Shown here one piece after another: positions 45,294 through 54,095 of a stretch of DNA of 64,000 bases. Position 1 is the stretch's first letter. Every line of letters begins with the position of its first letter. The DNA is taken from positions 6,208 to 70,207 of the IMG/VR virus record IMGVR_UViG_3300036833_000303; one strand, written 5' to 3'. This DNA is from a virus (taxonomy: Duplodnaviria; Caudoviricetes). A program made the translations under genes and the position numbers. The notes beneath the pieces are model-generated. The model did not search any database and was not told where the DNA came from. It was given only the letters and a program-made list of their open reading frames with translations.

Positions 45294-46747
45294 CCACGCC
45301 GATCGTCGTCAAGATCGACAGCATGGGGATCACCGGACCGCCGTTCGATCAAGTGCTCGCTTATCTGCAGCAGCAGTGGTACTCGATCCAAGGGATCGAC
45401 ATCGTCCTCGACCCGTCGACCCAGGACGCACAGCTGCTGGCGATCTTCGCCGACGCGCTCAACGACATGAATTCGAGCGCCATCGCGGCGTTCAACAATT
45501 TCATCCCGAGCTTCGCCTTTGGCGCGGGCCTCTCCTCGATCGTCAAGATCAACGGCATCGCCCGCCAGGTCGCCTCCTCGAGCCGGGTCACGCTGACCCT
45601 GGGCGGGACCGAGGGTACGATCGTCGCGAACGCCACGGTCGGCGACAACATCAACCTCGGCACCCAGTGGTTTGTCATCGGGCCGGTCACGATCCCGCCG
45701 GCCGGCGTGGTCGATGTGCTCGCCGCCTGCACGAGTCTCGGGGCGACGACGGCCGCACCCGGCACGCTCACCCAAATCCTCACGCCGATCCCCGGCTGGC
45801 AGACCGCGACCAACGTCGCCGCCGCCACGCCGGGAGCCCCGGTCGAGACCGATGCCCAGCTGCGCCGGCGGCAGACCCAATCGACGGCACTTCCGGCCTC
45901 GACGGTGCTGTCCTCGATCCAGGGCAACCTGCTCAACCTGGCGGGAGTGACGCGCGCCAAGGTGTTTCAGAACGACACCGTGATCACCGATCCCACCACC
46001 GGCATTCCGGGCCGCAGCATCGCCTGCGTCGTCGAGGGCGGCGATCCGACCCAGATCGCCACCACAATCGCCCTCACCAAGGCGCCCGGTGTGCCGACCT
46101 ACGGCGACACCTCGGTGACGGTCTACGACAGCGTCGGCACGCCGAATCTGATCAGCTATTGGCAACTCAGTCCGATCGAGATTTCGGTGCTGATCTGGCT
46201 CGTCGCCTCGGTCGGCTACACCTCGCAAGTCGCCACCTACATCCAGCAGGCGCTCGCCGAGTATTTCAATTCGCTCGACATTGGTCAGTTGATCTACATC
46301 GGCGATGCCTACTCGCCGGCCAATCTCGACGGCGACGCCGCAGTCATCGGCACCGGATTGCTCCAGGTCCAGCTGGATCCGCTGAGCGCGACCTATCATA
46401 TCGGGCTACCGCACACCCCTCCGATGGTCGGCCTGGCGCTGTATCGACCCGGCATGGAGGCGACGGGCGGACCCTATCCTGCCGGGGCGACGGTGATCAG
46501 CGTCACGAATACCACCTTCAACTACCACGTTCCCGAGGCGCTGTGGCTGACCCTCGACAACGGCACCTTCTTTCAAGCCACCACTACCGCGGTCGGCACC
46601 CAGTCGATCACGATCGACACCCCTGTGCCATCGGAGCGCTCAGTCCTCGCGGGCGCCAAGATCTACGGCGTCCGCGGGATCGTCATAAACTTCAACGAGG
46701 CCGCTACCGTCGCCAATCTGAGCGACATCATTATCAACGCACAATAA
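45290..46747 (+). CDS. Baseplate J-like wedge protein
   Basis: GITGP...GLSSIVKINGIAR...ETDAQLRRRQ...SIACVVEGG. Confidence 0.87.
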   Translation: MTTPIVVKIDSMGITGPPFDQVLAYLQQQWYSIQGIDIVLDPSTQDAQLLAIFADALNDMNSSAIAAFNNFIPSFAFGAGLSSIVKINGIARQVASSSRVTLTLGGTEGTIVANATVGDNINLGTQWFVIGPVTIPPAGVVDVLAACTSLGATTAAPGTLTQILTPIPGWQTATNVAAATPGAPVETDAQLRRRQTQSTALPASTVLSSIQGNLLNLAGVTRAKVFQNDTVITDPTTGIPGRSIACVVEGGDPTQIATTIALTKAPGVPTYGDTSVTVYDSVGTPNLISYWQLSPIEISVLIWLVASVGYTSQVATYIQQALAEYFNSLDIGQLIYIGDAYSPANLDGDAAVIGTGLLQVQLDPLSATYHIGLPHTPPMVGLALYRPGMEATGGPYPAGATVISVTNTTFNYHVPEALWLTLDNGTFFQATTTAVGTQSITIDTPVPSERSVLAGAKIYGVRGIVINFNEAATVANLSDIIINAQ

Positions 46748-46760
46748 GGGGAGACCGCGC

Positions 46761-47498
46761 ATGGCCGCGCTCCACAACCGGGTCGATCCGCAGGATCAGC
46801 TCGAAGCCGACATCACGCCCTACACCGACCACATCACCTCCGAGCACCAGGACAAGCCGAAATTCGTCGCGACGATCTCGGCCACGGTGCTGCCGCTCGC
46901 CGACACCGCCTGGCTCGAGCAAAACTTCTATCTCTATTACGACTTAGACCTGGCGGTCGGCGCGCAGCTCGACGCGGTCGGCATCTGGGTCGGGCGCTCG
47001 CGCTATCTGCCAACGCCGATCGCCGGGTATTTCTCATTGGACGTCGTGGGCTTGGGTTTGGATCAATCGGTGTGGCGGCGGCCGTTCGACCCCGACAGCG
47101 GAACCGTGACCCTGCCCGACGAGCTCTACCGCACTCTCTTGCGCGCGGTGATCCTGGCCAACCACTGGGACGGCACGATCCCCGGCGCCTATGCCGCATG
47201 GGCCCCGATCTGGGCGAACTACCCGGGGTATACCTTTGTGATCCAGGACTACGAAGATGGCAGCATGGCGTACGGTCTGCTCGGTCCCGGCCCGCCCAAC
47301 AACATCATGATGGGCTTCCTGACGTTCGGCGAGATCGACACCAAGCCTGCCGGCGTCGAGCTCATGCACTTTCTGCCGACGGTGTGGCCCGCCGGCCCTG
47401 GCGGCACGCCGGTCTTCGGCCTTGATTCGTCAAACGCATACTGCGCGGGGCTCGACATTGGGGCATGGGCAAACTTCGCGGTTTTCCAACCGGAGTAA
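46761..47498 (+). CDS. Baseplate wedge protein (DUF2612)
   Basis: YTDHITSEHQDKPKF...DLAVGAQLDAVGIWVG...NHWDGT. Confidence 0.85.
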   Translation: MAALHNRVDPQDQLEADITPYTDHITSEHQDKPKFVATISATVLPLADTAWLEQNFYLYYDLDLAVGAQLDAVGIWVGRSRYLPTPIAGYFSLDVVGLGLDQSVWRRPFDPDSGTVTLPDELYRTLLRAVILANHWDGTIPGAYAAWAPIWANYPGYTFVIQDYEDGSMAYGLLGPGPPNNIMMGFLTFGEIDTKPAGVELMHFLPTVWPAGPGGTPVFGLDSSNAYCAGLDIGAWANFAVFQPE

Positions 47499-47503
47499 GT
47501 ACA

Positions 47504-48604
47504 ATCGCACAAAATGACTTTCTCCCGTTTGCGATAGCGGCGAACGCGAATGTGCGCGACCAGCCGACGTGGGCGGCGAGCAGCGTGCTGTCGACCGGCA
47601 TGGTCTCGGGCGAAGCGATCTCGCTCGACTTCAACAAGGCATGGCGGCAGCCAAGTTTTGTCGGCGCGGCGATCAGCCAGTGGATCAACCAAGAACTGGT
47701 GAACACGCCGATCCTCGATGACGGCAATTTGCAGGAGTACATCAATAACTTCGATGCCGCTCTGCTCAAGCGGATCTTGTCGCAGGTCCGCATCAAGGCG
47801 ACCGGTGCGGTCACCGTCTACGTCAGCGCGCTGAGCGGCAACGACGCCAACAATGGACTGAGCACCAGCGCGCCGTTCCGGAATATCCAGACCGGCATCA
47901 ACTACATGCTCAACAACGTCGATCTCGGGCCGAACCAGGCGACCGTGATGATCGAGGCGGGTACCTACAACGAGAGCATCCTGGTCGGCTCCTCGCCGCT
48001 GGGACTGCTCGGCATCGGCCAATTCCAGTTGGGAACCTACAACGGGCAGGTGGCGATCAACGGCACCGGCTATGTGTTCGCCCTTTCCGGCGGCGCGCAG
48101 CTGTCGCTCGCCGGCAATTTTTTGCTCAGCTGCCTGCAAACGGCGAACCAGCCCAACGCGGCCCTGGTGGTAAGCGCCGGCTCGCGACTGGCCTGCAACG
48201 GAACAGGATTGGTGTTTGGCAACAGTCCTAGCTGCTCGCACATCTACGCAACCACCAGCGGCCAATTCGGCAATGCTCCCAATGGCAGCTATACGATCGC
48301 GGGCGGTGGGCTTTTCCATTGGCACGCAGACACTGGCGGCTCTGTCAGCTTGCAGTCCTGGGGTGCGCCATCATTGTCGATCACACTGCAAAACACGCCG
48401 AACTTCAGCGATTTTGCGGCGATCGTTGCTGGGGGCACATTGTCTCTGAACGCCATTGCCTTTGTTGGCACCGGAGCGACGGGGACGCGCTACACGGTCC
48501 GGACCAACGGCGTCATCACCACCAACGGGGCAGGCGCGAGCTATTTGCCCGGCAATGTGGCAGGGAATCCGATGCCGGACCCCACCGGAGGACAATATGT
48601 CTGA
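47504..48604 (+). CDS. Tail fibre-related baseplate protein (probable ATC start; alternative ATG 47465)
   Basis: (M)AQNDFLPFAIAANANV...NKAWRQPS; VYVSALSGNDANNG...PFRNIQ. Confidence 0.7.
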   Translation: MAQNDFLPFAIAANANVRDQPTWAASSVLSTGMVSGEAISLDFNKAWRQPSFVGAAISQWINQELVNTPILDDGNLQEYINNFDAALLKRILSQVRIKATGAVTVYVSALSGNDANNGLSTSAPFRNIQTGINYMLNNVDLGPNQATVMIEAGTYNESILVGSSPLGLLGIGQFQLGTYNGQVAINGTGYVFALSGGAQLSLAGNFLLSCLQTANQPNAALVVSAGSRLACNGTGLVFGNSPSCSHIYATTSGQFGNAPNGSYTIAGGGLFHWHADTGGSVSLQSWGAPSLSITLQNTPNFSDFAAIVAGGTLSLNAIAFVGTGATGTRYTVRTNGVITTNGAGASYLPGNVAGNPMPDPTGGQYV

Positions 48605-49214
48605 CGTTCGCGAGGACCAGCCGCCGGGTCTTGCTGTCATCCCACTGGGGACAAACGCCATAATGACGCCGGCAAACTGGTACTGGGTGGTCGGCAACCA
48701 TTCGGGTGTGGTCTACTCCTCGAGTGCGGCGGCCTATGTCGCGACCACCGACACAAACTACACCGCCTGGCTCAGTCTCGGCAACGTGGCCACCAACATC
48801 CTGTGCGACGGCGAGCTCGCCGATGTGCTGGCCACGCGCGGGCTCGAAGGTGCGGTCGTGCTCAACACCGATCCGACCGACTGGGGAGGCTGTCTGCCCG
48901 CCACCATCACCGCGGCGATGCAGGCGGCGGGGGTGCAATTGACCAGCACCGGCACCCCGGCGCTCGACGCGCATTACCAGCTGCACGGCCCGTTCGACAC
49001 GATGATGCGGACGCAGATCTACATCAACGCGCACGGCCAATTGCCGAACAACCAGCCGTTGGTGTGGCCCGCCTACGACGTGACCGTGACGTTCGCCACT
49101 GCGGCCGAATTCACTGCGGTCTATCAGGGGCTCCAGGACTATTATCACGGCTGGCAGAACTACGCGCTGAACGGCGGCACGATGCCGACCTGGGGCACTT
49201 GGACCATCGCCTGA
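48597..49214 (+). CDS. Tail fibre assembly-like protein
   Basis: NWYWVVG...VYSS...YTAWL. Confidence 0.6.
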   Translation: MSDVREDQPPGLAVIPLGTNAIMTPANWYWVVGNHSGVVYSSSAAAYVATTDTNYTAWLSLGNVATNILCDGELADVLATRGLEGAVVLNTDPTDWGGCLPATITAAMQAAGVQLTSTGTPALDAHYQLHGPFDTMMRTQIYINAHGQLPNNQPLVWPAYDVTVTFATAAEFTAVYQGLQDYYHGWQNYALNGGTMPTWGTWTIA

Positions 49215-49224
49215 GGCAACGCAA

Positions 49225-51501
49225 ATGCAGGGCACTTATCTCGGCGGCTACCCGTGGAAAGACACGGGCATCCTGACCGCGGCCGACCTCAACGCGGCGA
49301 TCGGGGTGGCGACGGAGCTGGCGGGCGACGCCGTGCAGCGCACCGGCGACACGATGACCGGGGCGTTGGTGATCAATCTCAACGCCGCGCCGGCAACCTC
49401 GCCGGGCGGCGGGACGGTGCTGCATCTGAAGGGGATCGACGGGGCCACCGAGCACATCTACATCAACGCATACTCTGCCGGCACGTTCGGGGCCGCTCCC
49501 AACATCCAATTTGCCGCTGCCGCCGGCACGGGCGCGGCGCCGGCTCCGCTGCACTCGGGTGATTTCCTCGGTTCTCTCTCCTATGCCGGCTACTGGCGGT
49601 CGGCCGCCGGGGCCAGCGGATGGAGCACCAACCGGGTAGCGCTCAACGCCTTTGCGCTGGACAATTTTTCGGACACCGCGCAAGGGACGCAGTTGCAGGT
49701 CAGGGCGACGCCGCCCGGCACCACCAACCTGACCACCGTTCTGACGATCAGCCCAGGGCTTCAGGTCGGTGCGCCGACCGGCGGCGATAAAGGCACCGGC
49801 TCGATCAATGCCCAGGCGATCTACATCAACAACCAGCCGGTCGGCGCGCAGAGCGGTGCCGTGCCGATCACCGGCGGCACGATGACCGGGCCGCTGGTGG
49901 TCAACCTCAACGCCGCGCCGGCAGTGCCACCAAGCGGCGGGACGGTGCTGCACCTGAAGGGGATCGACGGGGCCACCGAGCACATCTATATCAACGCCTA
50001 TTCCACCGGCATTTTGGGTGCCGCTCCCAACATCACCTTAGCCGCCGCGCGCGGCACAGGCGCCGCTCCCGCCGCTTTGCAATCCGGCGACTTCCTCGGT
50101 GCGCTGTCCTTCCAAGGCTATGGCGCCACCGGCTGGAGCGGCAACCGCGTGGGGATCAATGCCTTTGCATTGGAGAACTGGGATCACAGCGGCGTCAACA
50201 ATACCGCGCAAGGCACCCAGCTGCAGATCCGGACGACACCGGTCGGCAGCACCACCCTGACCACGCGTCTGACGATCGGCCCGGGGCTGCAGGTCGGGGC
50301 GCCGGCATCGGGCGACATGGGGATCGGCACGATCAACGCCCAGGCGCTCTATGTCCAAGGGGTGGCGGTCGCGGCCGGCGGCCTCGGCGGTGCGGTGCCG
50401 CTCGCCGGCGGCACGATGAGCGGGACGCTCGGGGTCAATCTCAACGCCGCCAACTTGTTGCCGACCAGCTTGGGCCTGCCGCTGATCCACGCGGCCGGCG
50501 CTGACGCCACCCCGGCGCTGCTCGTCCTGGACGCCTATACCACCGGCACCGGTGCGCCGACCGTCAATTTCCGCGCCGCGGCGGGCACCGGGCTCAACCC
50601 GGCCACGGTCAGCCCCACGGTCGCGGCGAACCTCGGAGCGCTCCGGTTTTACGGCTACGACTCGACGACCGGCTCGTTCGAGAGCGCCGGTGCAGCGGCC
50701 GTATTCCGGGCGATCGTCAACGGCCCGTGGAGCAGCACCAGCCATCCGACGCGCTTCGAATTCCTTACGACTGCGGCCGGCTCGACCAGCCCTTCCGCGC
50801 CGTTCAGCATGATCCTGGCGCAAGGGCTCGTGGTTGGCGGGCCAAGCGGCGGCGCCGCCGGCGACATGGGTTTCGGCTCGATCAACGCCCAGGCGATTTA
50901 TGTCCAAGGACAATCGGTCGCGTTCAACGCCGTCGCCCGCACCGGCGACACGATGACCGGGGCGCTGGTGGTCAACCTCAACGCCGCGCCGGCAACACCG
51001 CCGGCGGGCGGGACGGTACTGCACCTGAAGGGGGTCGACGGGTCAACCGAACACGTCTACATCAATGCGTATTCCAACGGCGTCTTCGGGGCTGCTCCGA
51101 ACATCACCTTGGCGGCGGCGCGCGGCACGGGTGCCATACCGGCGGCGCTGCAACCGGGCGACTTTCTCGGTGCGCTGTCCTTCCAAGGCTACTGGCAGTC
51201 GGCCGGCGGGGCCACCGGATGGAGCGCCAACCGGGTCGGGATCGACGCCTTTGCGCTGGAGAACTGGTCGGACGTCCGGCAGGGCTCGCAACTGCAACTC
51301 CGGACGACGCCGGTCGGCGGCACTACCCTGACCACCGTTCTGACGATCGGCGCGGGGGTGCAGGTCGGTGCCCCGACCAGCGGTGACATGGGACCGGGCT
51401 CGATCAACGCTCAGACCATCTACATCAACGGTAGCGCAGTTCAGATCGGCAACGCCGGCAGCGGTCCCTCCGGCGCTGGCCGTATGCTCTATCTACCATA
51501 G
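49225..51501 (+). CDS. Long tail fibre built of four tandem modules of about 175 aa
   Basis: Repeated GxTMTGxLVVNLNAA...GDxGxGSINAQAIY. Confidence 0.75.
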   Translation: MQGTYLGGYPWKDTGILTAADLNAAIGVATELAGDAVQRTGDTMTGALVINLNAAPATSPGGGTVLHLKGIDGATEHIYINAYSAGTFGAAPNIQFAAAAGTGAAPAPLHSGDFLGSLSYAGYWRSAAGASGWSTNRVALNAFALDNFSDTAQGTQLQVRATPPGTTNLTTVLTISPGLQVGAPTGGDKGTGSINAQAIYINNQPVGAQSGAVPITGGTMTGPLVVNLNAAPAVPPSGGTVLHLKGIDGATEHIYINAYSTGILGAAPNITLAAARGTGAAPAALQSGDFLGALSFQGYGATGWSGNRVGINAFALENWDHSGVNNTAQGTQLQIRTTPVGSTTLTTRLTIGPGLQVGAPASGDMGIGTINAQALYVQGVAVAAGGLGGAVPLAGGTMSGTLGVNLNAANLLPTSLGLPLIHAAGADATPALLVLDAYTTGTGAPTVNFRAAAGTGLNPATVSPTVAANLGALRFYGYDSTTGSFESAGAAAVFRAIVNGPWSSTSHPTRFEFLTTAAGSTSPSAPFSMILAQGLVVGGPSGGAAGDMGFGSINAQAIYVQGQSVAFNAVARTGDTMTGALVVNLNAAPATPPAGGTVLHLKGVDGSTEHVYINAYSNGVFGAAPNITLAAARGTGAIPAALQPGDFLGALSFQGYWQSAGGATGWSANRVGIDAFALENWSDVRQGSQLQLRTTPVGGTTLTTVLTIGAGVQVGAPTSGDMGPGSINAQTIYINGSAVQIGNAGSGPSGAGRMLYLP

Positions 51502-51514
51502 GAGGCTTGGCCTG

Positions 51515-51838
51515 ATGGCTCGTAAACTGCCGTTGCGCGTGGTGCCGATGGCAAATGGCGCCGGCCCGCCGCTCGAATTCAATTACGGCGACACGATGCA
51601 GATGCTGCTGCGCCAAGGGTCGCTGGGTCGGGGGCTCACTCTCGACGAAGTGCTGCGTTGCGTCGAGGCCATGGCTCCGCTTGAAGAGGCGATCAAGGCG
51701 AAAGCCGACGAAGTCACGTTTACCGAGGAGCAATATCGCACATTGAAGGAAAAGCTCGACACGTTCGCGTGGACGATCGCCGACCGCGTCATCGCCGAGT
51801 TTGGGCTGGCGATCCGCCAGGCTCCCGAGATCACCTGA
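51515..51838 (+). CDS. Hypothetical tail-associated protein
   Basis: GGAGG RBS. Confidence 0.6.
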   Translation: MARKLPLRVVPMANGAGPPLEFNYGDTMQMLLRQGSLGRGLTLDEVLRCVEAMAPLEEAIKAKADEVTFTEEQYRTLKEKLDTFAWTIADRVIAEFGLAIRQAPEIT

Positions 51839-51848
51839 ACGGTGCCGT

Positions 51849-52082
51849 GTGTATCGGGCTTTGCCGATCGTGTGTCTGATCCTGGTCCACTCGGCCGACG
51901 GAGGTGATCTATGGATCGAGAGCGCGGCGATTACCGTGGTCAAACCACTGTTCGGCGAGCACCAAGACCACCTCGCCAAAGGAACGCGGACCCTGGTTTA
52001 TACGGCTGGAAAAGTCTTTGGCGTTCGTGAGGAGGAGGATGCCATCGAGCGCATGATCAAGGCGTGTCCCAAAGGATCTTGA
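51849..52082 (+). CDS. Hypothetical protein
   Basis: Short ORF following the tail genes. Confidence 0.45.
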   Translation: MYRALPIVCLILVHSADGGDLWIESAAITVVKPLFGEHQDHLAKGTRTLVYTAGKVFGVREEEDAIERMIKACPKGS

Positions 52083-52253
52083 GTGTCACGACCCCGACCC
52101 TGATGCTGCTGCGTTCTACCTTGCCGGTCGTGGCCGCGGTCAACGCGTGCGACAAATAATCATTAACTAGGCGGCGAGCCAGCTGGCGTCTTGGCAGGGC
52201 CGGGGCGCTGCCGAGCCCGGGCAAGGCCCGGCAGGCCCAGAACCGAACTTCCT

Positions 52254-52997
52254 TTAGGAGCGCCGACGGCGGCGGTAGGCGGCAGCGCTCATGCCGATCA
52301 GAGCGGTGCCGAGGATCGCCAGCGAGGCGGGCTCGGGAACCGATGGCGCCTGTGAGATCGTGTCGGTAAGCGCCGTCACGATGGCGTTGGGGCCGGTGGT
52401 GATCGTCTCGTCGACGCTCATTTGCGCGACCGAGGCGAAGACTGCCGTTTGGGGGCAGGTCGAGGTTTGCGGATTTACCGTTCTGGTGCAGCTAAAGTTG
52501 ATCGACGCGGGGGAAGTGAACCCGGTGAGGGTGGCGCTTGCGGCCACACCGGTCAGGCTCGCGTTGAGCGTGAAGTCCTTCTGTAGATCGTCGATCAAAA
52601 AGTTTTGCGCCAACGCCGGGTTGACGGCGACCGTATAGTCGACGGTGCCGGTCGAGCTCGGAGCAACCGTGCCCGCGAACCCCAAGGTGACGTTGCCTGG
52701 GGTCATCAGAAATGAAAAGCTGGCGCTGCCCGAATTCGTGATCGCGCCGCTGGTCGCGAACTGGCCGAAAGTCTTGTCGCCGGCATCCACGCAGTTGCCG
52801 GTTGACGCGCCCGAGGCGGTCACCAGGAACGAGGCCGCTACAGCGCCGCCGGAGGTAACGGTCTGTGTCGTTCCGGTGCAGACGACGGCTTGCGCCCCAC
52901 CGGCGGTCAAGAGGCCGAGCGCCAGGGCGGCGCCGGCGAGCAAGCTTCTTCGCGCAAGGCTTCGAAGCTTTAGCGAAGTAGCCAATTGCTTGTGCAT
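52254..52997 (-). CDS. PEP-CTERM sorting-domain surface protein (moron)
   Basis: Signal peptide; C-terminal VPEPASLAILGTALIGMSAAAYRRRRRS. Confidence 0.85.
   Translation of the reverse strand: MHKQLATSLKLRSLARRSLLAGAALALGLLTAGGAQAVVCTGTTQTVTSGGAVAASFLVTASGASTGNCVDAGDKTFGQFATSGAITNSGSASFSFLMTPGNVTLGFAGTVAPSSTGTVDYTVAVNPALAQNFLIDDLQKDFTLNASLTGVAASATLTGFTSPASINFSCTRTVNPQTSTCPQTAVFASVAQMSVDETITTGPNAIVTALTDTISQAPSVPEPASLAILGTALIGMSAAAYRRRRRS
52942..52983. repeat. Palindromic miniature repeat (in signal-peptide codons)
   Basis: GGCT-TCG-AAGCT-TTA-GCGAA-GT-AGCC. Confidence 0.8.
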
Positions 52998-53194
52998 GTG
53001 AAACTCCCTTCTGTGCACGTTGTTGCCCGATTCAACACAGGTGCAAGGAGCGGGCCAAAGTAGCAAGCGCTTGATTTTTATGATTTCACGTCTCGGAAGC
53101 GACCGGGGAAAACCCCTAAAACCGTAAACGTGGCCGACAGCCGCTTCTCCGACATCTTACACGTTTCCCGTTTCGTTCGTAGGAGCATCGAGTA

Positions 53195-53301
53195 TGCGGT
53201 GCGGGGCCCCACACCGCAGAGGGTAGGGTTGCATCCGGCGAGGCCCCTCGTCGGATGCTGGGTTGGGGCTGCAAACCTGCGCGCGGGGCCGCGCGCATTT
53301 T
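53195..53301 (+). ncRNA. Candidate structured leader or sRNA ending in a terminator
   Basis: Hairpins 53195-53218, 53231-53258 and 53278-53297 + TTTT. Confidence 0.35.
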
Positions 53302-53318
53302 CTGAAGGAGCTTTAGCT

Positions 53319-53936
53319 ATGCCGGTTCTTGATGCTGTTTTCGTTGGTAAAATTCATCTACCCGAAGTCGGCGGCGGGCCGATCTATCCGCCGGTGCCGG
53401 GTCAACCGCCGGGGATCTGGCCTTCGCCGGGTGTTCCGACGCACCCGATCTACTGGCCGCCGAGCATCTGGCCCGGTCCCGGCTATCCGACGCATCCGAT
53501 CGCACCCGGCGGCCCCCCGCCGGGCATTTGGCCGGCGCCTGGAGTCCCGATGCCGCCGATCTATTACCCGCCGGGCATTTGGCCCAGCCCCGGTTATCCG
53601 GCTCATCCGATCGGACCCGGGGGCCCGCCGCCGGGGATCTGGGGTGGAGCGCCACCGCCTTATGTCGATGTCGGGCCGCCTGGGCCGCAACCGATCCCTG
53701 GCTGGCCCCCGGTGGTGATGCCGCCGATTTACTATCCGCCGCCGCAGCCCCCGAGCGAAGGTAGTCCGGGAGAACCCGCACATCCGATCTCGGGTGGGGC
53801 CATGTGGGCGTGGTCGCCCGTCTATGGCTGGGTGATCGTGCCCGGCACCGGGATGCCGCCGGGATCGCTCGGGCCGCGTCCATCCGAGCCGCCGCCCGAT
53901 CCCAATGCGCCCACGGTGAACCCGCTCCCTTCGTAA
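53319..53936 (+). CDS. Pro/Gly-rich repeat protein
   Basis: GAAGGAG RBS; repeated PPGIWPxPGxPxHPI. Confidence 0.65.
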   Translation: MPVLDAVFVGKIHLPEVGGGPIYPPVPGQPPGIWPSPGVPTHPIYWPPSIWPGPGYPTHPIAPGGPPPGIWPAPGVPMPPIYYPPGIWPSPGYPAHPIGPGGPPPGIWGGAPPPYVDVGPPGPQPIPGWPPVVMPPIYYPPPQPPSEGSPGEPAHPISGGAMWAWSPVYGWVIVPGTGMPPGSLGPRPSEPPPDPNAPTVNPLPS

Positions 53937-54058
53937 CGGAAGACGAGGAGCCGGACCCGGAGCCGCCCCCGCCGGGACCGTCGTCTTCCGATCTAACCCG
54001 GCGGCAATTGCGGCAGCTACGGCGGGCGCGCCGCTCTTAAGTTTCCTCCCGCGACTTG

Positions 54059-54092
54059 GCCCCTAGGGTACTCCCCTAGGGGCTTTTCTTTT
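54059..54092 (+). terminator. Rho-independent terminator
   Basis: GCCCCTAGGG-tactc-CCCTAGGGGC + TTTTCTTTT. Confidence 0.75.
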
Positions 54093-54095
54093 CGC

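Noticed and set aside
49225-51501. Diversity-generating retroelement or invertible tail-fibre switch
   Set aside because: No reverse transcriptase or invertase ORF. The repeats are tandem coding modules, and I saw no adenine-specific template/variable pair.
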